Source of the DNA: Eledone cirrhosa
Taxonomy: Eukaryota
Reading direction: 5' to 3'
NCBI GenBank assembly: GCA_964016885.1
Contig: OZ024752.1
Coordinates: forward strand, 49,848,001-49,912,000
DNA: 64,000 bases
The first letter of the stretch is position 1, and each line of letters opens with the position of its first letter. Positions 13,743 to 26,866 of the stretch are shown piece after piece. The notes under the pieces were generated by a model. That model was given only the letters and a program-made list of their open reading frames with translations, did no database searches and was not told the DNA's origin. The position numbers and the translations under genes were made by a program.

Positions 13743-14402
13743 GAAAATTAACAGCAACACCAACGATATATATATATATTGCTTCACCATTTTGTTTGTT
13801 TACCCTCGCGTCCCCTTTATTTACGTGTCCCTACGACTTTTTTTAGCCGTTGCTCGCACCAACCGGAGGTATATGGTCTTTAAAGCGATGAAATTCCTAT
13901 GATGGTTGGAAGATCACTGATGAAGGACAAACTTTTTTCATATGTAACCCATTTGCAACTCCGCAGCGCCCTTATTATCATATATATATATATATATATT
14001 CATTCAGGTCGAGGCGACTGGCAAAGGTAGAAGATGCTGGATGGCGGTCACCCTCGGGTCTTTGATTTTCAGCCTCATGGATTTTATCTATTACATTCAC
14101 TTATTATATTTCGAATACCTGATGATATCACTGGATTCATACGGAACCCGGTCATTGAAATGATCATAGTATAATAAACCTTTCAAGGATTTACACAAAT
14201 CGAGCCTCCTGTCATTTCATTATATATATATATATCTTCATCACAAGATCATCAATTAATGTCTGGTTTTCCTGCTTCCCAAGGGTTGGATGGTTCATCA
14301 AAGATAAAGTCGGTGCTTACTCAATTCTATGGACCCCTTGGACAGAAAGCTTCCCCAGCCCTGCATCTTTCTTACATACATTCCCCCACTCTCACACACA
14401 CA

Positions 14403-14436
<34 letters not shown>

Positions 14437-14440
14437 AATA

Positions 14441-14722
14441 TTAAGAGAGTAAAACAAAGAAGCCTTCAATACATCAAAAGTCTTTATTAGCCGACAATGT
14501 TTCGTCCTATTAAGGACTGATGAGTCCTATTAAGGACTGATGAGTCCTTAATAGGATGAAACATTGTCGGCTAATAAAGACTTTTGATGTATTGAAGGCT
14601 TCTTTGTTTTACTCTCTTAATTTTTCGGCTCTGTTTAACTACATTGAGCTATACCTTTTACTGTCATTTCTATAATACGAAGAGGGTGTTTAACTCCAAC
14701 ACATTCCAGTATTTTAACCCTT
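14441..14722 (+). mobile_element. Fold-back PLE-like element with HHR
   Basis: ~78-bp near-perfect inverted arms 14441-14518 / 14543-14620, ~100-nt 3' tail, (TA)n on both sides. Confidence 0.7.
14537..14568 (+). ncRNA. Hammerhead core at palindrome apex (family H, stem I 5' strand lost)
   Basis: CTGATGA GTCC-ttaata-GGAT GAAAC-att-GTC. The opposite arm preserves GGAC-GAAAC. Confidence 0.7.
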
Positions 14723-15201
14723 ATATATAAATATAAACTTAAGAAAATAAAAAAAGAGTACAAAAAAACTTTGTTTTAAAAACATAAAAATACAAATGAA
14801 GGACATAGAACTATAGGGTCATCGGTGATTGAGGTGAACTTTGGTAATTTTGACCCCTACCTGTGGTTCTGCTGGTCCACCCGGGGTCACAGTGTCTGAC
14901 ATAAGCCAATCGCTGTCCAGTGGAATAAGAGATGAGAGACAAAAGATTAATTTATAGTAATTAAGCTATAAAACAAGTACACAGAATTTTTATATGTATA
15001 GTATATATATATCATCATCATCATCATCATCATCAACGTTTAACGTCCGTGTTCCACGCTTGCATGGGTTTGGACGGGGGTAGTCCCACTTGAGGCAAGA
15101 GTGGTTGTCTTGCTCGCATAGGACTGTCTGGCGGGTTTTCTACAGCTGGATGCCCTTCCTAACACCAACCACATTTACAGTGTGGGTCTGGGAGGTTTTT
15201 A

Positions 15202-15372
15202 AAGGAATTGTGGTAAGGAACCAAATGGACCATAACGCACCAGAGTACTCAATACGTAGGGTAGTAGAGTGGGAAATAGGAAAAAGTATGACCCCCGACG
15301 GCAGAGCTCAAGCCGTTTCAATGGCCATCGAAACGACTTGAGCTCTGCCGTCGGGATCATACTTTTTCCTAT
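15202..15372 (-). mobile_element. Fold-back element family B
   Basis: Tail 15202-15275 plus palindrome 15276-15372. It interrupts an RTE-tail repeat. Confidence 0.7.
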
Positions 15373-15449
15373 ATATATATATATACCCGTCCAGACCCAT
15401 GCTAGCGTGGAAGATGGATGTTAAACGATGATGATGATGATGATGATGA

Positions 15450-15492
<43 letters not shown>

Positions 15493-15620
15493 AAGTTATA
15501 TTTAAAATTGTTGGGTTACAACTAGTAAATATTTATAACTGATATAAAAGCACTCGACAAATACTTGGAGTATATTTACAATATTAAATAAATGGAAAAC
15601 TATATTTATAAAACCATATT

Positions 15621-15686
15621 TATTTCATTATATATATTTCGGGGATATCATATTAACAATATGCTATGCCTTCATCAGACAAAATA
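15621..15686 (-). ncRNA. Type I hammerhead ribozyme motif (family A, opposite arm)
   Basis: Reverse-complement copy of 15838-15903. Confidence 0.7.
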
Positions 15687-15837
15687 CAATATAAACAGTT
15701 TTATAGATAAATATATTCGACATACCGTAATAAACATCAACTTCATTTGAGTGAACCTCTAGAGTGAACCTCTTCAAATGAAGTTGATGTTTATTACGGT
15801 ATGTCGAATATATTTATCTATAAAACTGTTTATATTG

Positions 15838-15903
15838 TATTTTGTCTGATGAAGGCATAGCATATTGTTAATATGATATCCCCGAAATATATATAATGAA
15901 ATA
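15838..15903 (+). ncRNA. Type I hammerhead ribozyme motif (family A)
   Basis: Stem I tattttgt/atgaaata; CTGATGA; imperfect stem II around CATATT-gtt-AATATG; GAAA; A-tatata-T-A. Confidence 0.7.
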
Positions 15904-15945
15904 AATATGGTTTTATAAATATAGTTTTCCATTTATTTAATATTG

Positions 15946-15976
<31 letters not shown>

Positions 15977-16240
15977 GTATGTATGTATCTATGTACAAAC
16001 ACACATATAAATTCAGATATATGCATATTCATACACATAGATACATACATATGTACACATGGAAAATAAATGTAAAATGGTGATGGTATATATATGTGTG
16101 TATGTGTGTGTGTGTGTGTGTACAAACATTCATAAAAATACATGAAGAGGAAATAAATGAATTTACTTAAGAGATAAGTAGGAAGATAATGTTGAAATAA
16201 ATATGAGACAAGTGAACAATTGAACATCTGATATATACAC

Positions 16241-16354
<114 letters not shown>

Positions 16355-16441
16355 ATGATGAAATGAAAATAGAGAAATTAATGTAAGCAAAAAGCCGACA
16401 TATATAAGCCGATATATATATATGTCTGTGTATATATATAT

Positions 16442-16526
<85 letters not shown>

Positions 16527-16607
16527 CATATATATATACATATATACATACATGTATATATATATACATATGTATATACACATACATATATAGTTATATA
16601 AGTATAT

Positions 16608-16641
<34 letters not shown>

Positions 16642-16642
16642 G

Positions 16643-16713
<71 letters not shown>

Positions 16714-17696
16714 ATTATTATTATTATTAAAGGAAACCTGAACAATACAATTATGTTGTAAAAATGTTGTTTGTTTTCACCACATACATGATGAGTTCTG
16801 TAACATTTTCAATAATGGATGCTTTCCAAATTAAATGGCTCAATAGATAGATAAATGCCATTGCTGAGAAATAAGAAAGATTTCTAATGAAATATATAAG
16901 GAATTCAGAATCATTGAACATCACATAAATAAATAAGAAAGAAAATGAAACAATATATATGAATTTAAATAGATTTATTTGACATCAAAACAAATAAATT
17001 TCAAAGAATTTTATAAAGAATAAACTCTTTGAGAAATATATATATATATAAATATTTATATAAATATATGTAAAAATCAATAACAATATATATATAAGTA
17101 TAGTGAGGCAATGAAATGAAAATGACATTAATTTTATTGAATAATTGTGTATATTTTTATATATTTCAATTATATTAATTTCAAATTAACCTAATTAATT
17201 ATGGTGACATATGATTAAGGATTGGAGCTAAACCTTACCCTAACCTTAGCTGACATGGAATTTGTGCTGTAAGCTAATTCTTCTCTTTTAAGGCTTTATA
17301 ATTTCTAAGGCCCTGTCATTGTTAGAACATCGGATTAAATGCCTCTGTCTTTTTATTATTTCTGGCTCTTTTTATTCCGAATTGTAAGTTCGAATCCCAT
17401 CGAGGTTAACTTTATATTTCGTCATTTTAGTGGATTGACAGAATTGGTAAAAAGAATCCAATGGGATGTTTTGCAGTATTTGTTCTGGTTTTGTGTCTTC
17501 TGAGTTCAAATCCTGTCTCTTATCACCAGAAAATAGAGAGACTTCTGCTAGAGGTTTCAACAAGGACATAGCATCAGCAATGAAAATACCAATGGAAACA
17601 CAATTTCCTTGGTCTGAACTGAGGATTGACTCCCTTCCTAATTTTTGCTTAGATTTCCAAGCAATGTCAAACACAAATTTAAAAGTTAGTTGAACT

Positions 17697-17925
17697 TTAA
17701 CCTTTTAGCATTTAAACCTGCCATATCCGGCCACAAATTTCTCACCTCTTTCTCTTCAAACCAGCCATAATCAGCAGCTCATACTTATTTTAAGGTATTG
17801 TTCTCAAAATACATAATATCAAAATCTTGTAGATTCGATATTATGTGATATAATAATATAAAATAAAGCCTTTACCATGAAAATACAATAGTAAATATTG
17901 AGTAATGTAAATGTTAAAGAGTTAA
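17697..17925 (+). mobile_element. piggyBac-type MITE copy
   Basis: TTAA flanks and full-length homology. Confidence 0.8.
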
Positions 17926-19065
17926 AGAAGGAGAAAAGAATGCATTTTAACACGGCCCCTTTTTAAGAATTATTTAAATAAATATTATACTATGAAAATG
18001 TTCAAGTGTTGTAAGGGTTGGCTATAGAGGTTGGCACTAGGAAGGGCATCTGGTCAAAACAATGTACCTCATGGTGCCCATAAAGTTAGGCTCTGCTTTA
18101 GCAGGGAAAATAGCTCTAGAAACATTTGTTGTGTCACCAGAGTCTCAATAGAAATAAAAATCAACTTTCTTCAAGTTACACCCAGACATTGTTTTGCTTG
18201 GATGATGCAGTCCTAGATACATTATGTCTACCAAGTAAAATGTCAGAAAGGTCATGACTTGAACGATTTTAGTCATACCTCTACAAGAACAGGGCTGACC
18301 TGTGGATAAACAACAACAGCAATAACTAATTTGAGCAGTTTCATTAAGAAAACAATTGATCAAAAACTAAGATACAATATTTGGGCAAGAACTGTTCACA
18401 ATATAAACAATATATAAACATATATAAAATAATTAATGAAAAACTTCAAAGAATACTTATTTAAAAATATAATTTTCTCAACATTGGTATTATTTCATTT
18501 CTCTTGATTTTATAAACTAGAAATTCAGAGACAAACACAATGCAATCATTTGATGGATTATACACAGAAAATATGTTAAGTGTTATTAAAATAGAATTAT
18601 TAAAATAATTGTTTCTACTTTTGGCACAAGGCCAGTAATTATCCCAGTACATTACTGGTACTTTATTTTATCGACCCCATAAGGATGAAAGGCAAAGTTA
18701 ACCTTGGCGGGATTTGAACTCAGACCATAAAGGGCCGTAACTCTTTGCTGCAAAGCATGGCATCAGACCCTCTACCCATACTGACAATCCACCCAATTAT
18801 TTATTAAAATAATACAATTACTGTACATGAAGGCACACAGTGTTATGGTTAAGCAGTTGGGGTTATGATTGTAAAGTCATGAGTTTGATTTCCGATTTAG
18901 AGTAGTGTGTCATATCCTTGAGCAAGACACTTTATTTCTAAAAACTAACAGTTAGCAGAAATAGTTGAGGGTTAAACCTGTGATGGACTGGTGAGCTGCA
19001 CAGGGAAGACTGACATGCATGGGTGACTGAACTATAACAACCTTTTTCTCTTCCTCCCTATTGAT

Positions 19066-19172
19066 ATCTTTCTGATGAAGTGTAATTTATTATGTAATGC
19101 ATGCATTTGATCATAGGACTATGCTGTCAGTGCATGTGGACAGTAATTAGTGCAGAAACATATGTTAAAGAT
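19066..19172 (+). ncRNA. Hammerhead ribozyme motif with long, decayed stem II (family E)
   Basis: Stem I atcttt/aaagat; CTGATGA; ~76-nt partly paired insert; GAAA; palindromic A-catatg-T-T. Confidence 0.55.
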
Positions 19173-19721
19173 TAAACACTCAATAAATTTCAACTTGTGG
19201 CCAATTCTTCTTGTTTTTCCTGGTACCATACTGGAATTTAATCCACTGGAATTTAAGGTTTATTAAAACAATTAGAAAAATAATAAAAAAAATATGATTT
19301 AAAGTATAGTACAGAAATCGAAAAAATATATAGAGTTCTTTAGTTATAGTGAAAAAATATATTGATTGAGTTTTTAATAATGGTTTCTAATTTTAGGCAG
19401 AATTTGAGCACTTTTGGAGGAGGGCAAAGTCAAATTAAATCAATTCTAGTATTTAACTGCAAGGATGAAAGACAAAGTTGACCCCAGCAAGATTTCAACT
19501 CAAAATGCAAAGAGCTGGAATAAATCCTACAAAATATATTGTGTGAAATTCTACCACTTTCAGTTCCACCAATTCTCTACCTTTATCATAAATTTAGAAA
19601 TAGATGTTAATCAATGCTAATTATGAAATAGATGTTAATCAATGCTAATTATGAAATAGACATTAATTAATACTAATTTAATTCTATTGAACTAATACTG
19701 TATGAAGTTATAATTTTTGTT

Positions 19722-19941
19722 TTAAACCGTTTAGCATTTAAATTGACCGTATCTGGCCAGAATTCTCTCACCTCTTTCGGTTCAAACCGGCCATAACCAG
19801 CTGCTCATACTTATGTTAAGGTATTTTTCTCAAAATAAATAATATCATCAAAATCTCATAGATTCGATATTATGTGAGATAAAGTCTTTACCATGAAAAT
19901 ACAATAGCAAATATAGAGTAATGTAAATGCTAAAGGGTTAA
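19722..19941 (+). mobile_element. piggyBac-type MITE copy
   Basis: Full-length homology. Confidence 0.8.
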
Positions 19942-21129
19942 TATAGTTTCTTATATTAACATGTTTGATACCAAGTAATTGGAATTGAAAAGTTATACAT
20001 ACAGGTATTAAATAAAAAAATTCTAACCATCCTAAAGCTACAAAGCCCAGCTAAGGGCGGAAATAAATGACTATGGCTGTCGCTGGTGAGGCCCTTCACT
20101 TCAGAGAGTCCGGAGTAATTTCTCTCTTTGCCACCCATTAAATCCAGCCCTGCATCAGAGCACACAAAATGAATTCACTGCATATGATGGTGATTATTAG
20201 AATTATTATTATATTGTACACAGTGTAAATACACACTGTAAATGTGGTTGGCATTAGGAAGGGCATCCAGCCATAGAAAACCTGCCAGAAACACCCCTAT
20301 TTGAGCGAGACACAGTCACCCGATGATGATGGTGATGATGATGATGATGATGATAATAATTATTCAATATTATGGTCGATTGGCAGTATTGGTAGAGGGT
20401 CGGATACCATGCTTTGCAGCAAAGAGTTACGGCCCTTGGCATTCTGAGTTCAAATCCCGCCGAGGTTAACTTTGTTTTTCATCCTTACGGGATCGATAAA
20501 ATAAAGTACCAGTAATGCACTGGGATAATTGCTGGCCTTGTGCCAAAAGTAGAAACAAATACTTAATGTACACAAACAAGTGGTACACACACATTGAAAG
20601 CATTGCTAGTCTTGGAGAAAAAAATTACAAAACTAATAAAAGAAGAAAAAAAAAACGACAACACTTTAATCTTGAATAGAAAAAAATATTACTTCAATAA
20701 TATTGATGAATGAAAAAGGTTATCTACAAAGGTCTTTGATTGCTATTTGTTTTAACATCATATCGTTTCTCTTTTTTCTTTCAAATTCCCCCAAATCTGT
20801 TCTGGTCAACCTGACCAACCATTTATTTCTCTGTAGCATTTCTTCTCTCAGTCTTTCTTACCTCAATCATCAATATATTTCTAAATCAAGTTTGATATTT
20901 CTTCATTTGTATTCTTTAACGCGTTTCAGTCATTAGACCGTAACCCATGCTGGGAACTGCCTTAAAGGGGTTTAGTCAATTTATCAGATCAGATCAGATC
21001 AACACCCCCACCTCCTTCCCTTCCCCAGTACTTATTGTTTGAGTTATTGATTTTGTTTTTGGTTTCTTTTTTTTTTTCAAGCTATGAAACATAAACACAA
21101 ACATACACACACACACACACACAGACAGA

Positions 21130-21180
<51 letters not shown>

Positions 21181-21193
21181 GTATGTATATACA

Positions 21194-21260
<67 letters not shown>

Positions 21261-21841
21261 GGTTACAGTATGTTTCTCAAACACTTTCGAACTGCTGTTC
21301 CCTTTTAGAGAATATATCTCATCAGAACACACACACACATTCTCTCTCTCTCTCTCTCTCTCTCTCCCTCTCTCTCTCTCTCTATCTCTCTCATACACAC
21401 AGTCTCCCTCTTTCTTCCTATCTCTCTCAGACACACACACACATGTGCAGCCCACCTCACCTCTCCACAAACTCCACAAATGTTGCTAAAACATTATACA
21501 TAAAAAAGTATATTTTAGCAACTTTTAAAATCATTTTTAAAATTTTATAATAGTTTTTAAATTTTAACAATTTTTCGAAATTCTATTTAAGCATTTATTG
21601 AATAACTAAAAGTGACAGTTTTACAAGCATCTACTAATTTATATACATTGACTCTTTTATTCCAGTAAACCTCTTTGCCTTCTAATGATCTCCCTACATC
21701 CTATCCTTCCTTTGTAGTGCTTCTCTTGAGTTTTCTAGTAACCTCCAGCATGGTGGCTGCCTCCACCTTGAGAATAAATGACCAAAATAAACATGTGAAT
21801 TTTATATTAGTTTAAAAATACAGTTTCAAATATTCCTTGTA

Positions 21842-22570
21842 GATACTAACATTTACCACCTGGAAACTGTTCAGAGACGTGCAACCAAGCGAATACCCTC
21901 CATCAGGCATCTACCATACTCTGAACACCTTACTTCCATGGCCATGGAGACATTGAAGCTCCGACGTCTGGCAACTGACTTGGTAAACACTCACAAAATT
22001 ATTAACCATCTTGCCAACAACAACCCTGAGTACCTTTTTGATTTCCATGTGTCTAACACACGTGGGCATGCCCACAAAGTCAGAAAACAGCACAGTTCCC
22101 ATGACTTTCGGAAACATTTTTTCACGCTCAGAGTTGCTGAAGCATGGAACAAACTACCTGCATCAGTTGTTAGCTGTTGAGACACTGCATCCTTTAAAAC
22201 CTCCATGGAAGAAACTACCTGCATCAGTTATTAGCTGTTGAGACACTGCATCCTTTAAAACCTCCATGGAACAAACTACCTGCCTCAGTCGTTAGCTGTC
22301 GAGACATTGCATCCTTTAAAACCTCCATGGAACAAATTACCTGCATCAGTTGTTAGCTGTCGAGACACTGCATTCTTTAAAACCTCCATGCTTCCTGAAA
22401 TTCACCAACACTACACCTAATATTCCCCCTCTATACACACGCACACATGTATATCATGACTCATACACAGTTCACTTCCCTGACATTTGTACATTATTCT
22501 ATGTACTATACATCCACTTTTGATGAGTTGTAGTGCACCTGAGCACTGTACACAATAATTTCATTATTTT
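21842..22570 (+). mobile_element. 5'-truncated CR1-clade LINE (ORF2 C-terminus + 3'UTR)
   Basis: LETVQRRATKRIP...LKLRRLATDL...NTRGH..KVRKQHS..DFRKHFFTLRVAEAWNKLP is the typical CR1 ORF2 end; 3'UTR ends in an ATT-rich tail. Confidence 0.85.
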
Positions 22571-23524
22571 ATATATTATTATTATTAAACATTCGTTATT
22601 AATCACAGGACTGTATTATTTTAATGACTTATTATTTTAATCATTCTGTGGTTATGGTTTTAATTTAGTAATAATGTTATTCTATTAATGACATCTAGTA
22701 TGCATATAATTACATTTTTCATTAATTGTTTTATATCTTTTTTTCTTATTTATTTCAATGATGAAATTATTATGATGGAGAAAAAACAATGCAAAGCCTG
22801 CATTCGTTTAAGTAAATCATCTTTTTAAACGAAATCTGTGATTGTACAACTTATTTGGTTTTAACTGATAATTTACAATAATTTGATCACTAAACATAGA
22901 ACTAACAACAAACTAACAATCAAATCATCAAACCAAACAGTAATTTGAGGAGAAAACATTTTTTTTTCTTCAAATTTGAAATTCACATTTCTATATTTAG
23001 CTCATTTCTCCTTGATAATTCTTTTTTTTTTTTTTTTTACATTGAAGACTAAAACGAAACACCATGATGACAAGAGTTGAGATTAATTGTTTTAAAACCT
23101 TGAGCAAAAGTCTTCAACTAAAACACTCATTAATGTTTAAACTGTAAAGATTCTGTCAGTATTGCTTCATAATTAAAGTATTGATAACAGATAGTGAGCA
23201 ACGAAAAGATTAAAACTGATTTCTTAAAAATTACTATTTAGCGTATAGTCCAATGTGCAGTTAAAAAAAAGAAAGGAGAAAAATATCTCCACAGTCATTA
23301 ATGTTAAACAGTTAAGATCCTGTCATGTTGCCTTCATAATTAAAGTATTCATAATAATAATAATAATAATAATGATTTCTTTATTTTAATAATAATAATA
23401 ATAATAAAAACAACAATGATGGTAATAAAAATAATAATAATACATTGTGTGCTATTGAAATAGAATTTCAGAACAGATTTTTCATTTGAGCCACAATCTG
23501 TACTGTATCCAATGTACAGTAAAA

Positions 23525-23910
23525 TAACTGTTTCTACGTTAGGCACAAGGCCAGCAATTATCCCAGTGTATTACTGGTACTTTATTTTATCGACCCCCGT
23601 AAGGATGAAAGGCAAAGTCAACCTCGGCGGGATTTGAACTCAGATCGTAAAGGGACGTAATTATGCTGCAAAGCATGGCGTCCGACCCTCTACCGATACT
23701 GCCAATCCACCGCCCTCAAAATAATTGTTTCTACTTTTGGAACAAGGCCAGCAATTATCCCAGTGCATTACTGGTACTTTATTTTATCGACCCCGTAAGG
23801 ATGAAAGGCAAAGTCAACCTCGGCGGGATTTGAACTCAGATCATAAAGGGACGTAATTCTGCTGGAAAGCATGGCATCAACCCTCCACCGATACTGCCAA
23901 TCCACCGCCA
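23525..23910 (-). mobile_element. Two tandem copies of a ~190-bp tRNA-derived SINE (family S1)
   Basis: Head ggcggtggattggcagtatcggtag, B box gagttcaaatc, core tttgcctttcatccttacggggtcgataaaataaagtaccag. Other copies near 6653-6866, 18603-18795, 20376-20560, 29676-29980, 30340-30535, 35168-35358, 40630-40840, 41410-42025, 50740-50890 and 51570-51767. Confidence 0.85.
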
Positions 23911-24092
23911 TAATGTACAGTAAAATAATAATCACTTGTTTGCTATTCCAAGATTGATGGCTTTGATGAGGTCAAAGTCCAATCTCTTTTTTTTAATAAA
24001 TACAATTTCATAATAAATGTGTTCCAAGCATTTTGTTCTTCTTTGCAGCGTGCATTTAATTGTCAATTATAATCTACCACATTACTTTTTCC

Positions 24093-24230
<138 letters not shown>

Positions 24231-24341
24231 GCGAGTGTGCCTGTGTGTGTATGTATGTATATATTTAATAACTACTCAGGTTACTAGGTGACAGTGGAAT
24301 TTAACTATGTGTGTGCGTTTGTGTGTGCGTGTGCACGTGTA

Positions 24342-24382
<41 letters not shown>

Positions 24383-25652
24383 TATGTATATATATATATA
24401 TATTTATTTATGTATATATATTTATATATGTACACATTTATATATATATATATATTCATCATCATCATCATCATCAACGTTTAACGTCCGTGTTCCACGC
24501 TTGCATGGGTTTGGACGGGGGTAGTCCCACTTGAGGCAAGAGTGATTGTCTTGCTCGCATAGGACTGTCTGGCAGGTTTTCTACAGTTGGATGCCCTTCC
24601 TAACACCAACCACATTTACAGTGTGGGTCTGGGAGGTTTTTACCGTGTTGCCTACACGGCCACATTACAGCGTGGACTGTGTGTTTTTTTGTCGTGACAC
24701 CTACACGATCTCATTTGTTTCGGCCTGGATGGCGCGGCACCAACATAACTTTACATAGAACGGGGTGGTGTGGATGGGGTGGGGGTGGCGGCGGGAGGGG
24801 TGTATTTTGTTAGAGATGCCTACTGGCAAGGCGGGTCTTCTCTGTTACTGAGTACCGCCAAAGGTCACGGTCCGTGTGGTGTGTGTGTATATATGCGTGT
24901 GTGTGCACGTGTGTGTGTGTGTATATATATATATTACATATATATATATATATACACACACACACACGTGCACACACACGCATATATACACACACACCAC
25001 ACGCACATACACACATAGTTAAATTCCACCATCACCTAGTAACTTCAGTAGTTATTAGATTATAACTAGAAGTGAATATTAAAACTGTTAGTATTTCAAA
25101 TCAGATAAATTATTTTATATTTTGGTTTCAGCAGAAGAGGAAAAAAATTGATACATTATTAATACAGTATTGATACAGTATTGATACATTATCGATACAT
25201 TATTGACATATTATTATAATTTGGATATCAAAATTAACATCACATTTTTTTTAAAAAATCAAATATTAACTTGGTTTCTATTTAAGGTCATTAAGTATGA
25301 AATGTCCGATCGTTAAGTTTAGTTTAGGTCCGAAAGTTTAGTTTAATTCCGGACATTTCATATTTAATGATCTAATTTAACTTATACTGGTTGAAATGCG
25401 AGTGAGTCTCCCATGTTTAGCTCATTAGCCAACCAGGTGTCCAACACCAGGTGGGTATTTTCTTCATTCAGAATCAATAGTTCTCTATGTATATATAATT
25501 CTCTATGTATATATAATTCTCTATGTATACATAGTTCTTTATGTATATATATATATAGTTATCTATGTATATATATATATATATATATAAATATAAATGT
25601 AAAATAAAGTTAAATAAAAAGTCAAATGTTTAAAATTTAGCTTCGTTTATTA

Positions 25653-25705
25653 CTGCTATATATATTTCAGTGACAGCCATCTTTGGCTATGACCTCTTCA
25701 GGCAG
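25653..25705 (-). ncRNA. Type I hammerhead ribozyme motif (family C, opposite arm)
   Basis: Reverse-complement copy of 25788-25840. Confidence 0.7.
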
Positions 25706-25787
25706 TCCGAATTAGTGTGGTATAGACAAGTACATATGTTGTTGAGGTGTATAATATTGTCAATACTCTATACCACACTAATTCGGA

Positions 25788-25840
25788 CTGCCTGAAGAGG
25801 CCACAGCCAAAGATGGCTGTCACTGAAATATATATAGCAG
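25788..25840 (+). ncRNA. Type I hammerhead ribozyme motif (family C)
   Basis: Stem I ctgc/gcag; CTGAAGA; stem II ACAGCCA-aaga-TGGCTGT; GAAA; A-tatata-T-A. Confidence 0.75.
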
Positions 25841-26285
25841 CAATAAACGAAGCTAAATTTAAAACATTTGACTTTTTATTTAACTTTATTTTACACTACT
25901 CCGGAGTAACCAAACCAACCTGCGCACTTCGTCGAGTCCTCCAGCCTGCATACTGAGGTGTTGGTATACAACCAACATATACTCAAAATCTAAATATAAA
26001 TGTATATAGTTCTCTATGTATATATATATATATATATATCATCATCATCATCATCATCGTTTAATGTCCATCTTCCATGCTTGCATGGGTTTGGACGGGA
26101 ATTTACCCACTTGAGGCAAGATTGATTGTCTTGCTCATATAGGACTGTCTGGTGGGTTTTCTACGGCTGGATGCCCTTCCTAACACCAACCACGTTTACA
26201 GTGTGGATATATATATATATATATATATATAATTCTCTATGTATATATATAAATATAGTTATGTAATAAACAACATAAAACAATT

Positions 26286-26360
26286 ATTCCATTTACCAAA
26301 GGTTTCACGAAGATGGATGAGCTCGACACAGCCGTCTGAAATCGTTCGTCAGAATGAAAT
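26286..26360 (-). ncRNA. Type I hammerhead ribozyme motif (family D)
   Basis: Minus strand reads atttcatt CTGACGA ACGA...TCGT GAAA CC-ttt-GG TA aatggaat: 8-bp stem I, closed stem II base, 3-bp stem III, GUA cleavage triplet. Confidence 0.8.
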
Positions 26361-26418
26361 TTTATTTGAAGTAGATGTCTCCTTTCCTTTACCTTTCCTA
26401 TGGAAACACTTAATATAC

Positions 26419-26467
<49 letters not shown>

Positions 26468-26470
<3 letters not shown>

Positions 26471-26810
26471 AAAATTAAGATAAATTAAATGAATTTAATC
26501 CAAAACGAAATTGTGGGTGTCATGTCATAAACATGCGCCATAAATCCTGGAAATTAAGCTCTAAGATAAGTCTGAGCATACAATAATAACTAGAAATTGA
26601 TTAACATATAAATATACATGAATAATCACAGGAGATAATTTTAACCCGCGTGTAACCAAGCATAGTTAGTATAGGTAATATTTACCTTGAAGTATGATTA
26701 ATCATACTTCAAGGTAAATATTACCTATACTAGCTATGCGTGGTTACACGCGGGTTAAAATTATCTCCTGTGATTATTCATGTATATTTATATGTTAATC
26801 AATTTCTAGT

Positions 26811-26816
<6 letters not shown>
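26468..26816. mobile_element. Spacer-less 234-bp palindrome with one-sided tail, in (TA)n
   Basis: 26583-26816 is symmetric about 26699/26700 with ~2 mismatches. Same architecture as the HHR elements but no HHR core seen inside. Confidence 0.6.

Positions 26817-26866
<50 letters not shown>

Larger units (their letters stand above)
15490..15945 (-). mobile_element. Fold-back PLE-like element (family A)
   Basis: ~170-bp inverted arms 15579-15750 / 15774-15945, each with an HHR; tail 15490-15578; (TA)n flanks. Confidence 0.75.
25598..25990 (+). mobile_element. Fold-back PLE-like element (family C)
   Basis: Inverted arms 25598-25726 / 25767-25895 with an HHR in each; 3' tail to ~25990. Confidence 0.7.

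Noticed and set aside
13917-13945. CTGATGA as a hammerhead core (also at ~1354, 10141 and 49179)
   Set aside because: No properly placed stem II-GAAA-stem III-UH downstream.
17226-17250. Telomere-like aaccttaccctaaccttag
   Set aside because: Only ~3 degenerate units, too short to call an interstitial telomere.
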